From Amoebophrya sp. A120 (lineage: Eukaryota > Protista > Dinoflagellata): a stretch of DNA of 64,000 nt. The position numbers and the translations under genes are program-made. Positions 57,541-64,000 of the stretch are shown one piece after another. The stretch covers positions 527,458 to 591,457 of the forward strand of contig CAJINV010000022.1 of the NCBI GenBank assembly GCA_905178155.1. Reading direction: 5' to 3'. The notes below the pieces were generated by a model that was not told the origin of the DNA, did no database searches, and saw nothing but the letters and a program-made list of their open reading frames with translations. How positions within the stretch are numbered: position 1 is the first letter of the stretch; every line of letters begins with the position of its first letter.

Positions 57541-60500
57541 CTATGGATTAATCATACTGATGAGAAAGTTATGCACTTTGATCGGCAGTGACTTGGTAAG
57601 GATATCAGCATACTGGTATTTGGTTTGCACATGGACTACCTTTACTTCTTTTCGCTTGTGTAGGTCTTTGATGAAGTTGTAACGTATATCGATGTGCTTG
57701 GTTTTGCGCGTGCTATCACTTTGCTCTACTAGATCTATGCAGGACTTATTGTCCTCAAAAATTACTGTTGGGCATTTTTTAACATCAGGAATTTTTGCAC
57801 TTTCGGCTAGGCTGGAGATAAAATTCCGATAATACAAAATCTCGCGGCCGCACTCCGATATAGCGTAGTACTCGGCTTCGCAGCTGGAAAGTGATACAGA
57901 TTTTTGTGTGATCGATTGCCAAAAAACTAAATCACCACCATAGAAAACGAGGATGCCGGAAGTGGATCGGCGGTCTTCCGAATTGCCCCAATCGGCATCC
58001 GAAAAACCTATGATCTCTTCAGCATCGGGCGTGTGCGTGCACGCCTTTATTTCTAGCGGTTGCGCCCCACGAAAGGTCAACGCAAATTCCCGCGTGCCCT
58101 TCAGGTAGCGTATGAGCCGCGCGGCGGCGATGTGCTCGCGCTTCGTATTTTTGTCGCTGAATTTTCCTAGTTCTTTTACTGCGTAGCCGATATCATATCG
58201 CGAAGCTACTGCAAGATACATGCACATCCCGACTAATTTTCTATAATTGCTGCTGTTGACCTTGGTCGGTGCGTTTGTATCATCTTTGTCTATGTCAATG
58301 GATCTAAGATCGGTAGAAGGCGTGCGCACTGGCATGCAGTTTTGCATGTCAAACTCAGAAAGAATTTTGTCTATGAGTGTCTCCTGAGTTATTTTTATAG
58401 TGCCCTTCTTTTTGTTTTGATGAATATGCAGGCCGAGATACATGCGATGCGAAATTCCTTTTTCGTCAGTAGTAGGCTTAATCCGCTTGCAAGCGAAGTT
58501 TTGCAGTATCTCACTAACCTCAGCATCGATGGCATCCTGTCGGCCGAACAGAAGTAAATCATCTACATACAGGAGGAGATAAACCCCATTGCGGTCGAAG
58601 AGACACGGCTCGACTTTATTCTGTCGCCAACCATGCGAGGACAAAAAATCTCGAAAATACTCATACCACCTAAATCCGCTCTCCTTCAGCCCATAGAGGG
58701 CGCGCTGAAGCTTCCAAACTTCGCCCGGCTTCGTCCGCCACTGCGGCGGCGGCGAAACGTAAACCGGCTCGGTTAGTGGTGCATTGACATACGCATTGGA
58801 AATGTCGTATTGGTCTATGTCCCACTTTTTTCTGGCGGCTAGGGAGAGCAGGATTCTGAGCGTACTAAAACGCGCGACGGGCGAAAAGTAGGCATCTGCG
58901 CCATGCTGGCGGTTGCCAAGCACCACACATCTGCACTTAAATCTGCCATCCTCCTTGCGCGACAGGATAAGCCTGAGCGGCAAAATATCCTTCTTGGGTA
59001 TTTTTGCCCACTCAGGTTCCGGCAGAGGTATGGCGAAGTTTTTAGCTTCAAGCCCGTCCCGCTCTACTTGTATACACTTAGACCAATGGGTCGCGTTTGC
59101 ACTTTGTAGCGCCTGCCTAATGCAGATTTTATCAGCTAAAAAGCATAAGTCCTGTACACTTTGCATAGTGAATTCTACCTCAGGACATTCAACTTGCAGG
59201 TAGGCCAACAACTCCTCCGTAGTGCAGTCTTGCGTATCCTGATCTCGCGCTTGGTTCCGCAGCAGGTACGACTCGTCCTCGAAGGAGATATAGGACAGCG
59301 CGGCGCCCGCATTGTTGTGTCGCACCGTCTTTGGCGTCGGGATGGATAAGAACACGGCGTCGAGGGTCGTCTGTATCTCCGGTCGCGAGTGCTGTGCGGG
59401 CTTCGGCTGGCTACTGTTCTGGTCCCGGTCGCAGGAGCTGTTTATTGCTGCTGTATCAGAAGACGTCGCGACCGGTGCGCGTTTCCCTTCCTTGGGAAAA
59501 TGTCGATCACTGTTGCGCGTCCCCTCCTGAAGCTGTTCGTCGGTGGTAGTTACGAATTTGCGCGGGGCAGCTCCGGGAACGTATGTGCGGCACGCAATTT
59601 GCTCGGCGAAGGTTACTTTATTCCGGACACGGGAAACTGGTGCGATTGGCCGTCTCCCCGTGCTGTTCTTCCGCACAAAGTCTCGGACCCTTGGCAGGAC
59701 CTTGTCGAGCTTTTCGTCGTAAACTGCGACGTCGAGGGAATGATCGGCAAAACCTAGAAACCGCCCCGGGCTCCTTCGGTCCTCGAGCTTGCCCTGCGGC
59801 TTCGTGTTGTAAAATACTTCCTCGCCGAAGCGAAGAAGTTTGGCCGTGTCGAAGTCCTCGCCGTAGGCTTCCCGGTGGGAGTTGCTGCCGTGCAGGCATT
59901 TTCGCGGCATTATCGACAAGCAGAAAACGTAGTGCTTTATCGCATAGCACCACAACTTTTTCGGCAGTCCGGAGTCAGCGATGAGTGTTCTTGTGCCCGC
60001 GAGGGCCAGCTTGTTCAACACCTCCGCGCCGCCATTCATCGGCGATGAGTAGTAGGAGGTGAAGATCTGGACTATTCTATTAGCCCGGCACTCGGCCCGG
60101 AACCGCTCCGAAATAAATTCGCCACCGTTGTCCGACTTCAGCCGGCGCGGGGCGGTGTGCTTCGCGATCCAGAGTCGCAGGCCATTGACGCTGTCAGCCT
60201 TGCGGCGCAACGGCGCCACCTCCGGCAGCCGCGTCTTCTTGTCCGCTATGGTCATCGCGAATTTATGTCCGTGCATCGACTCCGGCAGAATTGGGCCGCA
60301 GAGGTCCGTGCTGATTTCGTCATTGAATGTCAGCCGGCCCTCGTACTGGTCATCCCGCGGCCCCGCCCGGTGTGGAGCCTTTGCTGCTCTGGAGATCGTA
60401 CAGCTCTGGCAGAACCCGCGGTAGGGAAGTATGTGTGCGCTGCGGCAGTGGTCTTCAAAGCTATATGTCAAGCATGAGTACTCCTCCTTACTAGTATTTT

Positions 60501-60960
60501 TGTGGAATATTACGTAAAAGAGACCGTTCGTAAATCTGTGTATAGCGATGCTCTTCCTCTCCTGGCCGGGAAGGAAGAGCTGCGCAAGGTCTGCGCTGAA
60601 AAGAAATCCTTTCGCCAGCAAAATGCTGACAGCGAGGATGTTAAAAGGTATGCAATCGTTGAAGATTGCCCTGCTGATATTGATCAACAAGTTGTTATTT
60701 GCAAGTGGCTTGGGTTTGCATATTGGCGCCTTGACTGGCTCGCCGAATATGCCCCGTACCGATGTAACTTGGTCCCTGTAAATCGTATCTACTAGTGTGC
60801 TGTCTTGGAGCATGTGTGACGTGGCCCCCGTGTCGAGTAGCCATATGGAAAAATTTGCATTGGATAATGTATCGACTGTTTCAACCATACTATAAATGTT
60901 GTCCATTCTAGAAAAAATTTTTGCTGTTTCGGGCGCAACCCGCATGAAGTTGTCTGACAT
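57541..60960 (-). CDS. pol: Copia Pol polyprotein (protease, integrase, reverse transcriptase, RNase H)
   Basis: WLLDTGATSHM; HHCC-like motif; STDLCGP/SDNGGEF/NGGAE; DISNAY, LYGLKE, YVDD; FSDADWG, EAEY, EDNKS, KHIDIRY, ADILTK. Confidence 0.97.
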   Translation of the reverse strand: MSDNFMRVAPETAKIFSRMDNIYSMVETVDTLSNANFSIWLLDTGATSHMLQDSTLVDTIYRDQVTSVRGIFGEPVKAPICKPKPLANNNLLINISRAIFNDCIPFNILAVSILLAKGFLFSADLAQLFLPGQERKSIAIHRFTNGLFYVIFHKNTSKEEYSCLTYSFEDHCRSAHILPYRGFCQSCTISRAAKAPHRAGPRDDQYEGRLTFNDEISTDLCGPILPESMHGHKFAMTIADKKTRLPEVAPLRRKADSVNGLRLWIAKHTAPRRLKSDNGGEFISERFRAECRANRIVQIFTSYYSSPMNGGAEVLNKLALAGTRTLIADSGLPKKLWCYAIKHYVFCLSIMPRKCLHGSNSHREAYGEDFDTAKLLRFGEEVFYNTKPQGKLEDRRSPGRFLGFADHSLDVAVYDEKLDKVLPRVRDFVRKNSTGRRPIAPVSRVRNKVTFAEQIACRTYVPGAAPRKFVTTTDEQLQEGTRNSDRHFPKEGKRAPVATSSDTAAINSSCDRDQNSSQPKPAQHSRPEIQTTLDAVFLSIPTPKTVRHNNAGAALSYISFEDESYLLRNQARDQDTQDCTTEELLAYLQVECPEVEFTMQSVQDLCFLADKICIRQALQSANATHWSKCIQVERDGLEAKNFAIPLPEPEWAKIPKKDILPLRLILSRKEDGRFKCRCVVLGNRQHGADAYFSPVARFSTLRILLSLAARKKWDIDQYDISNAYVNAPLTEPVYVSPPPQWRTKPGEVWKLQRALYGLKESGFRWYEYFRDFLSSHGWRQNKVEPCLFDRNGVYLLLYVDDLLLFGRQDAIDAEVSEILQNFACKRIKPTTDEKGISHRMYLGLHIHQNKKKGTIKITQETLIDKILSEFDMQNCMPVRTPSTDLRSIDIDKDDTNAPTKVNSSNYRKLVGMCMYLAVASRYDIGYAVKELGKFSDKNTKREHIAAARLIRYLKGTREFALTFRGAQPLEIKACTHTPDAEEIIGFSDADWGNSEDRRSTSGILVFYGGDLVFWQSITQKSVSLSSCEAEYYAISECGREILYYRNFISSLAESAKIPDVKKCPTVIFEDNKSCIDLVEQSDSTRKTKHIDIRYNFIKDLHKRKEVKVVHVQTKYQYADILTKSLPIKVHNFLISMINP

Positions 60961-61442
60961 TTTTCACAAACTGGGACGCGAATGCCACTGAGATGAGAAG
61001 GCGTGGCCTCAACGGAAAATTAGCGCACTGCTATCCCCGAGGTCAGAGGGTCTGTGACTCACGATGTCACTCCCGCCTGCGCCCTGGCGATGTCAGTGTC
61101 GTCCGTACAGCAATATTTATACACGGAAGTAGAATTATGCACATGGGCGTGACGCCTTCTGCTATTTTGTAGCGACTTATCTTGCAGTTAATCTTTTTGC
61201 TTTTCAAAAAAAAATATTTGCTTTGTAATGCGGAAACTCAGATTTTCCGTGGTTTTTGTGACAAAATCCTTCAAAATTTGTTTTACACAAAGAGAAACCA
61301 ATAAAAAAATAGAAAAAAAAAATTGTACAGAAATGCGATTGCAACCAATGAAACGAGATTATACAAAACTTGAATTGTACATTGCGAACTGATATAAATG
61401 TGTTTGAAAGTAATTATTTGAAATTGACCACCGCCGCACTAT

Positions 61443-62843
61443 TCACATTTCCACCTTCTCAGTGGAAGTGCCCCGCGACTGACTGTTGTTGCGGCTTGTG
61501 GATTGCTGGTTGCGTCTGATGGTTCCGCTGCCCCGGTTCTGGCTGGTGTTGCGACTGGTGGATCGGTCCTGTCGCACGAATTTGTTGTCGCGGAATCGCC
61601 CACGACTGCGATTGTCGTTGCCCCAGCTCCAGGAACCGTCGGCGTTCCAGTGCCACGGGCGACCGTACTCGTTGTTGTTGCCGAACTGCGGCTTGGTGTT
61701 GTTTTGGTAGTTGTTGCTCCCGGCCGTACGAAAACCGTTGCCGGTGAATCCGCGCTGCTGTGGGCGGAAGCCAACGAATGCGGTGGCGCCAGCAGCCGCT
61801 TTTCCGGCGACGTCGGAAATCCGGTCCGCGAGGATGACCCGGATCGCGGTCTGCACGTTATTGAGGCGGAAGTCGCCCGCGATTCGTGTCAACAGACCGG
61901 TGACCTGGTGCGGTTCCAACTCACCAAGCACCGCCTTGATGAGATTCAGACCGTGGATCTCGTCGACGGAAATTTTCTCGACCTTTTTCCGCAGACGCTG
62001 GTACGTCTGGAGGTCGGTCTGCAGGTGATCGGAGCGGACCGTAAAGTTGGTGAAGCGCAGCCAGATGGATAGTTTTTCACTATTGCGCCCAGGGTAGATC
62101 TCGCCGTTGAGCGCGCTCAGGTAGTCGTCGATGGATTTGATCTCCTTGTCGCGGATTGCGTCCTTCAACTCGACCACCTCGATGCTCTGCTTCAACTGGT
62201 AGATCAACGTCGAGAAGGGGAGACTACCGGCTACGACGCCGAAATACTCCCGCACGTCGGTTTCGTACGCGTCGATATCGACCTGATGGCACCGGATATC
62301 GTAATCGTCGATCTGGCTACTGTCCAACTTGAGTTTGGGCACGGAGAGCTTGGTCGGGTCGACTTGTTTCTGGTATCCGTACGAACTGTTTCCGCGACCA
62401 GCGGCCGCTGGGGTGTAAATTTCGTAGTGCTGGGTCCCCTGCTGTCCGTCGTCGGATTCTTCGGAATCTTCCTCAATTTGCTCCTGACTGCGGTTGGGTT
62501 TCAGTTTGAAGACGTCGATGTTCCCGGCGTTGTTTTCCAGGATCTCGAGCGCTTGCTTCTTGAGCTCCTTGAGATTTTCCTTCGACAAGTCGGACGCCCC
62601 TTCGGTAGCCCGGATCTTGTTCGCCACCCGCGCTACTAATTTGAGAAAATAGTAGTCTTCGCCCAATTTCAAGAATTGGCTGCGGTTCTGGTCGTTCACC
62701 GCAGTCGCGCCGGCCTGGCGCGCGAAGATCTGCCAAACCTGGTCGCTGCTACCGCAGATGTAGATGTAGCGAGCGCTGTTGATGGTTGCGATGCCTCCCG
62801 CTTTGTTTTGCGGATGTCTGCTGTTCTGGGCTGGTGGCGGCAT
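61443..62843 (-). CDS. gag: Gag-like protein (466 aa)
   Basis: Long ORF between PBS and pol; basic Arg/Asn/Gln-rich C-terminus; no CCHC knuckle seen; assignment is positional. Confidence 0.8.
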   Translation of the reverse strand: MPPPAQNSRHPQNKAGGIATINSARYIYICGSSDQVWQIFARQAGATAVNDQNRSQFLKLGEDYYFLKLVARVANKIRATEGASDLSKENLKELKKQALEILENNAGNIDVFKLKPNRSQEQIEEDSEESDDGQQGTQHYEIYTPAAAGRGNSSYGYQKQVDPTKLSVPKLKLDSSQIDDYDIRCHQVDIDAYETDVREYFGVVAGSLPFSTLIYQLKQSIEVVELKDAIRDKEIKSIDDYLSALNGEIYPGRNSEKLSIWLRFTNFTVRSDHLQTDLQTYQRLRKKVEKISVDEIHGLNLIKAVLGELEPHQVTGLLTRIAGDFRLNNVQTAIRVILADRISDVAGKAAAGATAFVGFRPQQRGFTGNGFRTAGSNNYQNNTKPQFGNNNEYGRPWHWNADGSWSWGNDNRSRGRFRDNKFVRQDRSTSRNTSQNRGSGTIRRNQQSTSRNNSQSRGTSTEKVEM

Positions 62844-62914
62844 CTTTATTGCATGTAGTAGTAGTGACTTCAGGATGATAATCGAATGTGTTTTTGGGGA
62901 TGGGGGTCTTTAGC

Positions 62915-62932
62915 AAGAGAGGCTCATAACTC
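62915..62932 (-). other. Primer-binding site, tRNA-Met half-molecule type
   Basis: Minus strand GAGTTATGAGCC next to the 5' LTR, complementary to the tRNA-Met anticodon arm GGCUCAUAAC; no TGG start. Confidence 0.75.
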
Positions 62933-63301
62933 TGTTGATCGTGTGATCTTGACCTCCCGAACACACTCCTTCTTCTTCTTCTTACGGGAAACAAAACGCG
63001 TCCTTTCCTGATTGTGTTTGCTCAAAACCTTGAGCCAACGGCTCAAACGAAAATTGTTGTTGTACATGTTTCAGCATGAGAGATTCGCTCTCCACCCGGT
63101 TCCAGGGTCTATCTAATGTTCTCTCTCAAAGAAAGAAGAGTGCGAATAAACTTTTCCCCAAAAACGAATACGAAAGATATTGGAAAAACGATGGATGCGA
63201 CTAGTCGTGAAAAAACAGATACCGACTAGCGACGACCACGATAAGCGAAAAAACAAGCTCTTGACCGATGAGAGATAGGTGTGAACACATTGTGAACAAC
63301 A
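62933..63301 (-). repeat. 5' LTR (369 bp)
   Basis: Appears identical to 57011-57379. Confidence 0.97.
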
Positions 63302-64000
63302 ATTTGGACATGAAACGAGTTCGAGAGAATAGACTTGTATAAACTGAGTTCAACATAACTCGCCTGGCGTTGCAGGTGCTGCGACCATGCACGACGAAGT
63401 ACTTACAACTTTATTTGACGACGACACAATTATTCTGTATGATGGCGACACTTCTTTCAGAAAGCTGCCCATAGTACTTTTTTCTACCGAAGGAAGCGGA
63501 AACTAGTTTCTTCTGTTCATCCTTGGGGCTTCGTCACATACTGCATGTTCTACTTGGCAGCACGCATAGGCTCAGGCTGGACCGGGGCATTACGAAGCAC
63601 CTCCAGCGTGGGTGTGACCGTCTCCGTCATGATCATGACGAGCTTTACATATTACCCCATTTATTTTCCCGTACGGATGAAAAAACTTCTTTGCATGCAC
63701 ACCAGTATATCGTTTTCGTTCTTACATAAGAGGACCACGTAAGTCTAGCCTGACGCTTTTCAAAAACCCTTGAGTCAAGAAGAAGTGTGCACAACTTCTC
63801 CTCCGCCGGAGTCGAAGGAGTAGCGACTTCCAAGTGCTGCCACCGAGAAATGTACAATTACAGCGACCATACACATAGAAAAAGCATTCCCAACTTGCGC
63901 ACGATGCGACGTCCCATTTCGGATATCATTTTACTGACTTGAGGTCAAGGTATATAAAAGTGTTCCACGAATTTGATGGCAGCTGTTTTCTGCAGCAGCA

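Larger units (their letters stand above)
57011..63301 (-). mobile_element. Full-length Ty1/copia LTR retrotransposon
   Basis: Two 369-bp TG...CA LTRs; ATTTG TSD at 57006-57010 and 63302-63306; gag, then pol in PR-IN-RT-RH order. Confidence 0.98.

Noticed and set aside
63307-64000. Possible membrane-protein fragment after the retrotransposon
   Set aside because: Only short ORFs, no motif, truncated by the window end

Overview
Eukaryotic genomic DNA, most likely from a syndinian dinoflagellate of the Amoebophrya type. This is inferred from a DVNP-like gene and from non-canonical introner-type introns. About 60 short (about 120-380 bp) elements with the grammar 5-bp direct repeat | TAT-N7-AAA ... 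TTT-N7-ATA | 5-bp direct repeat interrupt the host genes. Removing each element plus one repeat copy restores continuous reading frames. Reconstructed this way, the window holds: (1) a ~773-aa secreted-type unknown protein; (2) a ~1033-aa protein with an internal DVNP-like domain, split by 23 such introns; (3) three tandem paralogs built as Mps1/TTK-like kinase, one transmembrane helix, a low-complexity stalk and a variable C-terminus (RING finger in paralog 1, USP deubiquitinase plus a repeated unknown domain in paralog 2, the unknown domain in paralog 3); (4) an intact, young Ty1/copia LTR retrotransposon with gag and pol separated by a ~480-bp spacer; (5) a non-autonomous TIR transposon with 8-bp TSD, plus the end of a second copy; (6) two tandem-repeat arrays (133 bp with a perfect 38-bp palindrome, and ~119 bp). 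All gene models were assembled by eye from sequence and need RNA-seq confirmation. Most ORFs in the supplied track are spurious frames across introners and repeats.
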